Positions 23,901-36,025 of a stretch of DNA of 64,000 nt are shown here, piece by piece. Source of the DNA: Ancylonema sp. (taxonomy: Eukaryota); NCBI GenBank assembly GCA_050230475.1, contig JBFLGF010000151.1, positions 1 to 64,000 of the forward strand. Direction: 5' to 3'. How positions within the stretch are numbered: position 1 is the stretch's first letter; the number at the start of each line of letters is the position of its first letter. The notes below the pieces were generated by a model. The model saw only the letters and a list, made by a program, of their open reading frames with translations. It was not told where the DNA came from and made no database searches. The position numbers and the translations under genes were made by a program.

Positions 23901-25154
23901 GCCCGGGAGGCGTCCATCTACACGGGGATCACGCTGGCGGAGTACTTCCGCGACATGGGGTACAACATGGCCATGATGGCGGACTCCACCTCGCGATGGG
24001 CAGAGGCGCTGCGAGAAATCTCGGGTCGTCTGGCAGAAATGCCCGCCGATTCCGGTTACCCGGCCTACCTGGCGGCCCGCCTGGCCTCCTTCTACGAGCG
24101 CGCCGGGAAAGTGCAGTGTCTGGGCAGCCCCGGGAGGCAGGGATCCGTGACCATCGTGGGGGCCGTCTCCCCCCCCGGAGGTGACTTCTCCGACCCAGTT
24201 ACCGCCGCCACTTTGGGCATCGTGCAGGTGTTCTGGGGGCTGGACAAGAAGCTGGCGCAGCGCAAGCACTTCCCCTCCGTGAACTGGCTCATCTCCTACT
24301 CCAAGTACACGGGGGCGCTGGAGGGGTTCTACGACCAGGAGGCGCCGGAGTTCATCGGCGTGCGCACCAAGGCGCGGGAGGTGCTGCAGAGGGAGGACGA
24401 CCTGAACGAGATCGTGCAGCTGGTGGGGAAGGACGCGCTGGCAGAGGGCGACAAAGTCATCCTCGAAACCGCCAAGCTGCTCAAGGACGACTTCCTGGCG
24501 CAGAACGCGTTCACACCGTGAGCCCCATCTCGCCTTCCCCCCGTCCTTTGCACTCAGTGTTGAGGTGGTGCCTTCTCTCTCCTTGTTGCCTTATTGTCTT
24601 ATTGCCTCATTGCCTCATTGCCTCATTGCCTCATTGCCTCATTGCCTCATTGCCTCATTGCCTCATTGCCTCATTGCCTCATTGCCTCATTGCCTCATTG
24701 CCTCATTGCCTCATTGCCTCATTGCCTCATTGCCTCATTGCCTCATTGCCTCATTGCCTCATTGCCTCATTGCCTTGTTGCCTTATTGCCTCGTTGCTAG
24801 GTACGACAAGTTCTGCCCCTTCTACAAGTCGGTGTGGATGCTGCGCAACATCATGCTCTTCCACCAGCTCGCCACGCAGGCCGTGGAGCGGGCGGCAGGC
24901 GGCGATGGGCAGAAGATCACGTACAACATCATCAAGCAGCGCCTGGGCGACCTCGTCTACAAAGTGGCGTAAGTGCACCCTGAGGAGCAGGAGGGCGGGG
25001 AAGTGCTACTGTTCTGACCCTCTGTGGGTGTGGCTGCAGGTCGCAAAAGTTCGAGGACCCGGCCGAAGGCAAGGACGCTCTGGATTCAAAGTTCCAGAAA
25101 CTGCACGAGGAGCTGCTCTCCTCCTTCCGAAGCCTGGAGGATGACTACAGATAG
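20978..25154 (+). CDS. VHA-A: V-type H+-ATPase catalytic subunit A; multi-exon, with a local duplication at the n at 22960
   Basis: [15 protein letters not shown], Walker [62 protein letters not shown] introns. Confidence 0.97.
24601..24775. repeat. Intronic 8-bp tandem repeat (CCTCATTG)n, ~21 copies; second array at 26201-26299
   Basis: Directly visible; accounts for the spurious 'LPHCLIAS' ORFs. Confidence 0.97.
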
Positions 25155-26199
25155 ATACATAGAAAAATGAGAGCGATGCTCGAATGCTCAAATGCATATT
25201 GGCTTGTAGGGGTGTGGAGGTGGAGTGGATGCGATGGTCATGCGGTCTTTTGTAGACCGAAAAGAGGCTCTGAGCGATATATGAAGGAGGCATATGGGGT
25301 TAAGGTTTTCCTCTGCTTTTCTCTCTAATCGTATCTCAGGTCAGTGAAGAAGGGTCAAGTCTTGGTACAACACAGATGCAAAGTAGGGGACTTTGATTAG
25401 GGTGCAATTGTATGTATCTTGTACTGGGGTGGGTCCTCTATGTGAGGTAACTTGTGCAAAAATATACGTTTTTGTCTTTCGTGACATGCGACTTTGGTCT
25501 CACCTGGGTTCTTTTCACTATGTGCAATCCTATGTTGGTGAGGTGAGTGCATCATGGCACGGCACTTTGTGGACTCCGATGTGTAGACCGTATTTCTCCT
25601 CCCTTTACACAAGTGTTGTGAAGTTCTACCAATGGTAGGTTGTACCTCGATGCCCATTCCTTTAACGATTGAGACGTGAGTTTCACGAATGTTTCGGTAT
25701 CTAAGCCTCTTAGTGTCGATTCACGTACAACCATTCATACTTCATTTTGCAGTTGAGTACATATGGGAGTAAGTCATTGCATGCACAGGAATCTTCATCA
25801 TTATGGAAGTCTGCAATTGGATGCAAACACAATGAACATTACAGTCCAAAACCCAAGCAAATTATGGATTGCAATCAGGCTAAAATATCAATCCGAAGCA
25901 ATCGTGTGTATAAAGGGGTGTATCACGCATCTAAGAGGTCTAAATGGGAATGTGTACCAGTTTGGAATTGGAATGGGTACCAGATGCATTCAATTGCTCT
26001 CAGGTTGAAACGCAGATTTTGCACACGTGGCATTCTACTTCCATATCGTGTTGACATTGAATTTGCGATCAAATTGGTACCATCGCCAAATAACCGAGCT
26101 AATGATGTACCCCGTATAACAAACTCCGTTTAGCGATTAGGCGAATTTGTGCCTAATCTAAGTTACAAATATCCATGTTAAACCTTCTCATCGAGGGTN

Positions 26200-27744
26200 A
26201 CCTCATTGCCTCATTGCCTCATTGCCTCATTGCCTCATTGCCTCATTGCCTCATTGCCTCATTGCCTCATTGCCTCATTGCCTCATTGCCTCATTGCCTT
26301 GTTGCCTTATTGCCTGGTTGGCAGGTACGACAAGTTCTGCCCCTTCTACAAGTCGGTGTGGATGCTGCGCAACATCATGCTCTTCCACCAGCTCGCCACG
26401 CAGGCCGTGGAGCGGGCAGCAGGAGGCGATGGGCAGAAGATCACGTACAACATCATCAAGCAGCGCTTGGGCGACCTCGTCTACAAAGTGGCGTAAGTGG
26501 ACCCGGAGAAGCAGGAGAGCGGGGAGGTGCTCTTTCGATCGTTGAGGCCATTCTGACCCTCTGTGGGTGTGGCTGCAGGTCACAAAAATTTGAGGACCCG
26601 GCGGAAGGCAAGGACGCTCTGGAATCAAAGTTCCAGAAATTGCACGAGGAGCTGCTCTCCTCCTTCCGAAGCCTGGAGGATGACTACAGATAGATACGTA
26701 GAAAAATCAGAGCGATGCTCGAATGCTCAAATGCATACTGGCTTGTAGGGGTGTGGAGGTGGATGATATGGTCATGCGGTCTCTTGTGGACTGAAAAGAG
26801 GCTCTGAGAGGGGATTTGGGGTCAAGGTTTTCCTCTGCTTTCCTCTCTAATCATATCTTAGGTCAGTGAAGAAGAGTCAAGTCTTGGTACGACACAGATG
26901 CAAAGTAGGGGACTTTGATTAAGGTGCAATTGTATGTATCTTGTTCCGGGGTGGGTCCTCTATGTGAGGTAACTTGTGCCAAAATATGCCTTTTTGTCTT
27001 CCGTGACATGCGACTTTGGTTGCCACCTGGGTCCTTTTCATTGTATGCAATCTTATATTGATGAGGTGAGTGCATAATGGCACTATACATTGTGGACTCC
27101 GATGTGTAGACCGTACTTCTCTCCTCTTTGCACAAGTATTGTGAATTTCTATCGCTAGTAGGTTGCACCTCGATGCCCATTCCTTTTACGATTGAGACTC
27201 TCTTTAAAAGTTTAATGAATGTTTCGGTATCGAAGCTTCTTATTGTCGATTCACGAACAACCATTTATACTTCATTTTGGATTAAAAGTGAAGTAAGTCG
27301 AGTACATATGAGAGAAAGGCATTGCATGGGAATCTTCGTCATTATAGAAGTCTGCAATTGGTTGCATACACAAAGTACATCACAATTCAAAACCCAAACA
27401 AATTATGGATTGCAATCAGGCTAGCAATTATGTCAATCTGAAGCAATGCTGGGTAAAAAGGGGTGTATCACGCATCTAAGAGGTCTAAATGGGGATGGGT
27501 ACCAAATTGGAAGTGGAATGGGTACCAAATGCATTAAGTCGCTCTCAGGTTGAGAAGCGGATTTTGCACTCGTGTTACTCTACTTCCAAACCGTGTTGAC
27601 ATTGAATTTGCGGTCAAACTTGTATCACCGCCAAATAACCGAACCGATGAACGAACCCCGTATAACGAAACCCGTCAATTGCTTAGGCGAATTTCTGCCT
27701 TTACTAAGCTACCAATATCCTTTTTAAACCTTCTCATCGAGGGT
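26200..27744 (+). repeat. Diverged duplicate of ~24690-26198, including the last two VHA-A exons (stop 26693)
   Basis: Colinear with substitutions and indels; begins right after the n at 26199. Confidence 0.9.
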
Positions 27745-29447
27745 AGTCTACATAGGCGATTCCAAGTACATTGGTCATATCTTGTAATGTGACACGGTTA
27801 CTATAATGTGGTGTAGTATTTAATGGGAAGTAGTATGTCATAATTTGTAATATGTAGTTATGTGATTTGTCGATAGATGTGCCCGACGATTTACAATATT
27901 GTTGATAATTTTCGTGATGTATCGAAAAGGTCGACAGCGTTTTTATTATTATTTTTGTATTGTGGTGGTTTTTTTTTGCCATACATTTCGTTTTACCCCG
28001 ATGGTACTGTATATGGTGTGTTGCCTTCAGAACATCTTAATCGTTACTCCGTGGATTTCATTCCGTACATTCTTTTTCATGTTTCTCTCAATGAATAGCA
28101 TAAAGAAAAGAGAGCCGATTGAGCAACACAGTTCCCGTCATGTGCCATTCATCATTCTTTAAGTCACATTGTGATCATACGAGAGTCTAGTATCAACCAA
28201 GGCTGAACGTACAACCGTCACGATCAACCTTCATCATGTCCACTCTTGGGGATAAGCGGTTGTGCACCATGATTATTTATCGCTACCAGCCCTCTGATCA
28301 GAGCTCTCGTTGTTGCTTCTAATTAAAACACGGCAAACGTATTTGGCTTGAATATAATCGAGTTAAAGATTTGCCTTGCGTATGTACAACAAGATACGAT
28401 ATGACAGCACTACAATGTAGTGCATCATGAATGACACATGGCGCTAGCTTCAAATTTGGCCGTTATGCTGTTCATTTGAATTCCATGGTGACTAATTGTT
28501 CGATTTTTGTTTGTGAATATTGAGACATTTGAGCTGGTGAAGTAATGGTTGTCGATGGGCCGGGATATGTATGATGAAAATGGGTCGATGGTTCATCTGA
28601 ATACTTTTGGCTTCATTAGATAAAGCAACACATAAATTTTAGGATTTCGAATGTTTTTGGCTGTCGACGTGATACATTATTGTAGCCGTCTTCTCGATGG
28701 ACAAAAGCGTACCCCACGACCATGACGTAATTGATCGGTCAGTGATATTCATATGCCAAATTCAGGATTATTTTCTTCGCAAGCGAAATCATTACGCTTG
28801 CTAGGAGGAAATTGACGTGTTTTTACATTCGTGTCAGTCTAATGATGGTGATAGGAAGGAATTGTTTGTTATAACGACAATAGGTACCTAAATTTATCGA
28901 GTCGCCTCGCAAATCAAATGATGGAATAAACTGTCGAGGTCAAGGTTCAGGATCGGCCTCCGCACAAGCACAAGCACAAGTAAAAGCTAAAACTCATTTA
29001 CAGGTATGCTGTGCTCAAACAAGTATCGACAGGACTGCTCACAACAGTTACGATAGACGACATCGATTCACAACTCTCGATGACGAAGTTTTGGCAAAGA
29101 ATAATCGTATTTTTAACTTGCAGAGGGGAGTTGCCGAAGGAAGATTCAGAAATTCAAAGCTCAGCTATGAAGGTATCTTCTTAAATCAATAAAATGAATC
29201 CAGTATAATATCATGTCAATTTCCATGGCATAATACTGCAGAGTCGCACGAGTTAAATCGCTATATAAAGATACCCGATGTGCTGGTGCCATTATTTTTA
29301 GTGAGTATGAAGATGGTATTAAATTGAGTTATGTGAATGTAATTCTTATCCTTCTCAAATCGGGAATACATCTTCAACACATCGGCTAATTTTACAGTGA
29401 ATAATCCCTCTTCACTGTTTTTTCTCGTGTGATGTCGTCTCTTTTAG

Positions 29448-30767
29448 AGAGATCGTCCTTCCGAGTTGCCAACTCCGGCAATGGTTGCTTCAGAAGGGTC
29501 AGAAAGAAGTTTCTCAACCCCTAACCCAGATCCGCGCGATGGCTCCAAGATTTCAGGCGTTGAAGCTGCTGAAATTGAGGAAGAAGCGACTCAGAGTCAC
29601 GGTGTCCGAGACGAGGGAATGAATGGATCTGATAGTACACCCGGCGGCCTCAGCCCCCAGTATGAAGCACTTGCTTCATATCAGCGAGAGGATTTCCGCG
29701 ATACCCAATGTGCTGAAGTCCTGGAGCAAGGGAAGAATGATGCCAAGAGGCAAAAGCGGTATACATCCCTCGATACTGCAGTGCATGACGAGGTGATGCC
29801 TCAACTCGATATCTCTAAAGCTGTGGAAGGTTCTGGACCAGAGATGACACCAGATACTGAGGCATTACGTTCGAGGATCCGAGAGCTAGAAGCTAAGCTC
29901 AGCAAAGCAGGGCACGAAAAATCTGTCAGCAGCGTGGAGAGCGGATCTTACGTCGATGCGCAGGCCAACCCCATTCTTCTTCAACAAGCCGTGGAGAGTT
30001 CAAGAAAGGCCATGGGAAACTATTCTCGAATGGTATTCCAGCATCTGCAAATTTCTTCAACAGGGGAAGTAGGGAAGGTACTGCTAGAAGATGAGACTGA
30101 CACCTTGTTTCACAGACCGGCGCATGTCAAGCTCGTCTTAGAGGCAAGGATAAGTACAGAAATGTTTACAGACTTTGAAAATGAGAGCTACGTCCCTGGT
30201 GGCGCAAGTCAGGTCTTGGACCGCCTCAAGCGATCAGAGTCGATGATGGTAGCCTATAGGGAGCTTGCCAACATGGAGGCTTGTGGCAGCGAGTCTGACC
30301 TGATTCAGTCGTACATTACGCGCATTGTGACGACTGATCCGCTCGGCCGATGGGGCGAGGCTAAGTGGATGGCGGTGCAGTCTATGATCGGTCACATTTC
30401 AAATAAGTTTGAAGACCCGTGGCTCTCGCACAGCTGGAATGAGTCGACTGGTGGGATGCGGCTAGCTTGGGTAAAAATGTGCTATTCATTGTGGGATTTA
30501 CACGCTTTGGCATTCGTATTTCACCCCCATGCTGATATAAAACGAGTGACGAAAGAGCAACATTTCGACAGGAAGTACATGGAGTTGGTGGACTGCTGCA
30601 AAGATTCCGACATACCGCGCGGGTTTGAGGCGGCAAAAGTGGCGTTTATGACGCAGCCGATGTTCAGCGTGAGAGACACAGTTGTACGAGGCCAGGTGTA
30701 TCCTGGTTGGGGAAAGAGTCAGGTTGATAGGAGGGCTGCATTGTGGGTCGATATTTATAGCACATAG
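29448..30767 (+). CDS. GIL1/IRK-interacting-protein-like; last large exon (small upstream exons likely near 28.9-29.2 kb)
   Basis: Coiled coil, HVKLVLEARISTEMFTDFENE, WDLHALAFVFHP, and C-terminal VAFMTQPMFSVRDTVVRGQVY resembling the GIL1/IRKI C-terminus; acceptor TTTTAG at 29447. Confidence 0.7.
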   Translation, partial: RDRPSELPTPAMVASEGSERSFSTPNPDPRDGSKISGVEAAEIEEEATQSHGVRDEGMNGSDSTPGGLSPQYEALASYQREDFRDTQCAEVLEQGKNDAKRQKRYTSLDTAVHDEVMPQLDISKAVEGSGPEMTPDTEALRSRIRELEAKLSKAGHEKSVSSVESGSYVDAQANPILLQQAVESSRKAMGNYSRMVFQHLQISSTGEVGKVLLEDETDTLFHRPAHVKLVLEARISTEMFTDFENESYVPGGASQVLDRLKRSESMMVAYRELANMEACGSESDLIQSYITRIVTTDPLGRWGEAKWMAVQSMIGHISNKFEDPWLSHSWNESTGGMRLAWVKMCYSLWDLHALAFVFHPHADIKRVTKEQHFDRKYMELVDCCKDSDIPRGFEAAKVAFMTQPMFSVRDTVVRGQVYPGWGKSQVDRRAALWVDIYST

Positions 30768-32925
30768 GATTCTGTTTTGTCGGGTGTGTCGATGGGGTAT
30801 TTTAACGTCATGTCGATGACAACATGTAGAGGGTGATGGAAACTTTCTTACCCGACGTTAGGTAGGATTTATTATTATTTCGCAAGCCAATGTGGTAGCC
30901 CCCTAGTCTGGGATCACCTTTTACTTACCGACATTGCGTAACAAACTGGAAAAAACAAGATAAAGCATGGGTTAGATGACACTGCTCTTTCATTGGATCG
31001 GTGATATGCCATTGTGCCATCGAAGCGTGCATTGTTTTCGTGTATGCGCGTAAGTCGATGCGTTTCATGGATAGAGATACGAGATGTCTACAATGATATT
31101 ATTATTTTAATAACAAATTTACCATGCGCTTCAGTTCATAAGTTCGGAACCCTGATTCAAATATAGTTCGAACCGCACCCAGTTTGGTTCCATCTTGTTA
31201 TGCACAAAAAGCCTAGGAATGATTGCTTGCTTATCACAGCGACATGAAAGGAATACCCATCATCTGCACCGACCACCATTATTGGCTGCCCAAGCCGCTT
31301 CGCAATACGGCAACATTTGTTCTTTCCGAGACGATATCGTTGCTGAATTGTAAAATCGCCGACTCGATCATCTGTCAATCTCACGCTATCGATCGCTTCG
31401 TGCGACAGTAATCCCATTTCATTCCCTTGTTACAGAAATGACAGCCGCAATCGGTTCCGAAATGGCTGAGATTTAGACCGTATTGGGATGTTTAAGTTTC
31501 GCAATGACAACTCAAAAGAAAAGCAATATTTGGTGTTTGTTTCTAGCTTTGAAAGTTTTGGGGGGTCTCTGTGTCATCATCTTGCTGTGCGAACGCAGTT
31601 CAGATTCGTCCGAACCAAAGTTTAGTGGATCTGTGGTTATGTTCTACTATGAATATGTGGTATCTAAAACATCGATGTCGTTGTCGTCGATAATGTGACG
31701 TTCAAGGATTTTCAGGTCGATGATAAACGTTGTAGATCACTCAGCCATGGATCACTCAGTTGTGCGTGGGGGTTTATCGTATCGCAGAAGGCCTGCCTTT
31801 TGTCGAATTGATCTTCGGTCCAAGTTGCACGTGCTATGGAATCCGAGCAAGCATCCGTCTTCTCAATTAAAATGGCCTTACTAAGTTTTGGAAGAAAATA
31901 CATCTTGATCAGAGCATCATCAAGATTTTAGTGTAGGCTACCTTGAAAATCGATGCGCAAATGCCTCATTGTTCTTTGACCCATGTTGATGTGTCGACAA
32001 AAGTGTGACATGTTAAGAAACTGATATTTTGACGATGTGCATCTGTTTGCTGACGTGGTAAATTTATTTTGATACATACACATCCTTTTTACATCTCCCC
32101 CCTAATGTCTCTTTCTTAAGTAGCGCTTTTGGTGAGAGTTATATTAAAAATGATATCAAATCTATTTTTTGGGGCGATTCGTATCAAAACCGATGAATTT
32201 GTAGACCATCAAGTTGGAAGACGTATGGAGGGATGGAGAGAGTACATCATTCGCTGTGTTTTAGCATTCAGATGTTGGGATGATTTCTGATATTTTGGAT
32301 GGAATATATGCAACTTCATGAAGTGTACTTTTTGTTTTTCATGAGTAGACTAGTTGTGGAGAAGATTCCAGGTCAGCACTGAATACCGCATTGTACATAT
32401 CCATGCATTTGTCGCAGTTGTAGCAGTTGTAGCCCATTCACGATCAGGGACTTAATTTCACTCTTAGCCATAATACATTATTTTAAGCACAATTACTGAT
32501 TTCAAGTCGGCTTGTGAGGGTTCGTGTCACCTCGCAACTGTCACGCTATTTACAAAAGGTCCCATGATGTTCTCAGTCTGGATTTTCGTGCATAGATTGC
32601 ATGGCTTGTTGAAACTTCGTAATCACAATGAGTAAGAGAAAGGAATGACTTGTGTGACATGGGCGCTTCCTTGCCCACGGAGGCGCTGACATAGGGTTCA
32701 CATCATCTCAACCATCAAGTGACATACTGCTCAAACCCTAAGCATCAAGCATTCCTGACGCGCGGATACAAGCACAACCCATTATACCCGTTGTACATAT
32801 ATACAATGAAACGGTGGGCTTGACAACTGTTCTAAAACGAGGCAATCCTCTTTCCGATAATTTTCTTCATGATATTTTTTAAAAACTTTATATTTACAAA
32901 TTCAGTGTATTTCCAGCACACGAAG

Positions 32926-35530
32926 TCATGCTGCGTCTGGATGAGTGCCATCCAAGCGCGAAATTTCGTCCAAATCCGAACTGGTCAAACCACACTCGAG
33001 TGCCTTCAAATTCGATTCGATCCGGTTCCTATCGTGAGATCGCGGAATCACCACTTGCTGATCGCACATGGCCCATTTGAGGACCACCTGAAACACCCTC
33101 TCTTCCCCACAATTAAATCATTCTGATTTTATATCTTTCATTCCCAATTATATTGAATAAATGGAGGCGGAGTGTATCACTCATCGTAACGCAAGTGATG
33201 GTATTGTGCATCATTTGCATACAGGTGCATGTCACGAGCCACAGCACAGACACCCTCCTCCTCTTCCCACACATTCACATTCGTTTTGCAGATACCTACG
33301 CTATGTCTGGACCTACATTGCTTCAAATTTGTGGTGTCTCCATCACAAGTTCACTCGAGACAAACCCTATTCCGCACTCAAAGTGAGGTGGCGGTACCTG
33401 AGCGGTCGAGCATCCTCGGGTGTTGGCCACTCGAGTGATAACCGGATGTGAGAGAACCGGATTTTCCCCAGGTGTCGCCTTCCCCTTGAACTGCCACTGA
33501 CTTCCGAGGGTGCTGTACCCCATGTACTGAATGCCTTGCTGGCGGCAAAACTCTCGCAGCGCTGCATTGGATTGGAGGGGGTCCGAGTGACTTTTGCCAC
33601 AGTAGGGGGGGGGGAAGAGGTGAACATGGATGAGAGAGGGAGGGGGGAAGGAGAGAGGGAAGGGGTGAGAGCAAAATAAGAGCCATCTTTAAAAAAGATG
33701 GCGAACAACCATCACACTTGTTACTCCAAACGGTACACTTTAGGCATTCGAACCCTGTCCGGGACAGCTGGTTTGGAACACATTGAGAAGGCTCATAGGC
33801 CAAAATCCGCACCAAGTATCTGTCCCATCCTAACCCATCCCAACCCATCCCTGACCAGGGAACACGTGTGGTATCCATTGCAACTGACATCTGTAGGGGA
33901 CGAGGGTGGAGTGCCACCTTTGAAGGACATGAGGGCGGATTCGAGCCATTGCGAGTAGGGAGCGCATCTCCTCTTTCCCAAAGTTGCTCACCTACAAACC
34001 CCATCGATCAGGACCCAAGAACCCTAAAACCCTAAAACCCTGATTCGTCACTGCCTCCCCTCACGTGGAATCCTCAACCTATCGTCTTTGCGTGCTTTGT
34101 ACAAGGCTCCACTGCCAGCATTCCCAGGGGGGTGAAGCCACGATATCAGACGAGAGGAGTCCCAAGGGCGCTCACCCCAATGCTGCGGATGAGGCCTTTC
34201 TCATACATCTCCTCCAGAGCTTGCCAGCTGGCCCCCCCACTCCCCTCAGAACATGTGAGGCTCTTGTGTGGTTCACACGCAAGATTTCGAGTGATGGGAT
34301 TCTGTATTCCATCATCAGAGATGACAGGTCACAGATTGACTTCCCAAGCTAAGAACCCGAGTAAGGTCGTCACCTGTCTTGCCAGGTGGCGGTTGAGAGG
34401 GGTGTCCCCTCGGGACAGATGGCAGGGAAGCAGGAGGGGTAGTGGAGCAGGAAGAGGTCCAGATACGATGTATCCAACTCCCTCAACGAGTCCTGGAAGC
34501 AATCTAGAGCGGATTGATACCCGTGATGACGCGGGTGGAGCTGTGGCACATGGCAGAGGATGTAGGGTGAGGTTCACACTATACCGGAACCAGTTTCAGC
34601 CTCACCTTTGATACCAGGAAGAGGCTGTCTCGCGGGACAGAGGAGTGGTTGATGGCGGACCCCACCATGGCCTCCCGGTACCACTCCTTGGCTTGCGCTG
34701 AGTCGATCAGACTGGCCGAGAGAGGGTTTGGAATGGAGGCTTTGAGATATGGAACTGATCGGTGCTGGCATACCAAAAAATGCCCTCATACAGGATCGCC
34801 TGTAAAACATTCTGCACGTAGAGAGCCTTCATCGACCTGAAGCCCACATGAATGTTGGACACTGGGAGTGATTCCTCCTATTTCACACATGGAAAGCACC
34901 GGAAGAGCTGTCATGCGGTTATCAAGTTGAGTTGATGCTTACAGATACCCTGCCTCAATCGCCCATGCGACTGCCACCTCAGTTTCTGGACCAAGACCAG
35001 CCGTCCCAAATCCCAAACGAGGCACTGCAGGGTGGGGAGAAAAGGAGAGAGTCGGCACCGGCTGAAGAAAAACGACTGTGACGTTTGACTTTTAGTTTTT
35101 GGTTTGGGACAACATGAGACTGCGAGACAAGCAAGCTTCAGGCGCGGAGTTCCCGTTGTAAATGGCGGATAATCCAATGTTGCTTGCAGAGCCCCTTCTA
35201 AACGTAGGATGCGTGCTGACGACTTTGGAGCTTACTTGATACGCCATTACTCAATTCTGCAGTCTCGCCGACGTGCCAGTCGGAGCTGCTTTTCTTCCCT
35301 AGGCGCGTATCTGACACCTTGTTACTGTATCCAATGTCCTCCGCAGCTATGTTCGAGACAAGGGAGTCGAGTGATTTTCTATTCAGGCTAATGCGATGTT
35401 TAGGCGAGGAGCGCAGCGCAAACTGAAGGACGAGCAGAAACAGGGCACCGGCCGTCATAGCGATTGTGCTAATAGAAAATTGAACACATGGGGCGAATCG
35501 GGTAGATCGGAAACGTCGGGCCGCCCTCAT
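32926..35530 (-). CDS. Aldo-keto reductase, copy 1 (multi-exon; N-terminal hydrophobic segment; start uncertain)
   Basis: Spliced LSNGVSMPRLGFGT, IDSAQA.EWYRE, LFLVSK|LHP, YLDLFLLHYP, IGVS|NF, MGYSTLG, TAQ|VVLKWA..VVIPRS..RIESN. Confidence 0.88.
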
Positions 35531-36025
35531 TTGGACAGCTCCGACCCTCATACAATCAGCAAGGAAGTGGTGGAGCGTTGTCTCGCTTTCCACTGCTGTG
35601 ACCTCGCCTACGCTGAAATGCTACAGACAAAGTGAACATGAGGGTGCGATACATGTCAGGCTCGCGGCGTAGTGGCGTAGCTGCCCAGCGCACGATTTTC
35701 CCAGCTGTGACGTTCTGTAACATTTAGGCTACATATCTTACCCGCTGAGTATTTAGCGCGTAGCACGCCGTCTAAGGCGGCACTACTATCACCGATAACC
35801 CCCTCAAATAAAATAATTACTTATACCGGGGTTTTTAAAATAGTGAATTGGTCCAGACTCTGGCCGCTGGGTGGGATCTGCGTCTTTGACAATTATTATT
35901 AAGCGTGTCTGTCTCTCTAAATTGGAAACTTAAGTATGCACACATGTGTAAAACTACACATGGAGACTTTACGTTCCAGAAGTACATCGACGACATTGAT
36001 GAATGCTATAGTGCAATCGGACCAC

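Noticed and set aside
24518..24972. ORFs with repeated LPHCLIAS peptide
   Set aside because: Translation of an intronic 8-bp microsatellite in VHA-A.
26030..26100. RVDIEFAIKLVP, resembling the Gypsy pre-RT motif
   Set aside because: No downstream RT motifs in either duplicate copy; too short to support.
31157..31903. Short ORFs apparently conserved in two copies
   Set aside because: Conservation is trivial because the duplicate is identical here; no recognisable domain.
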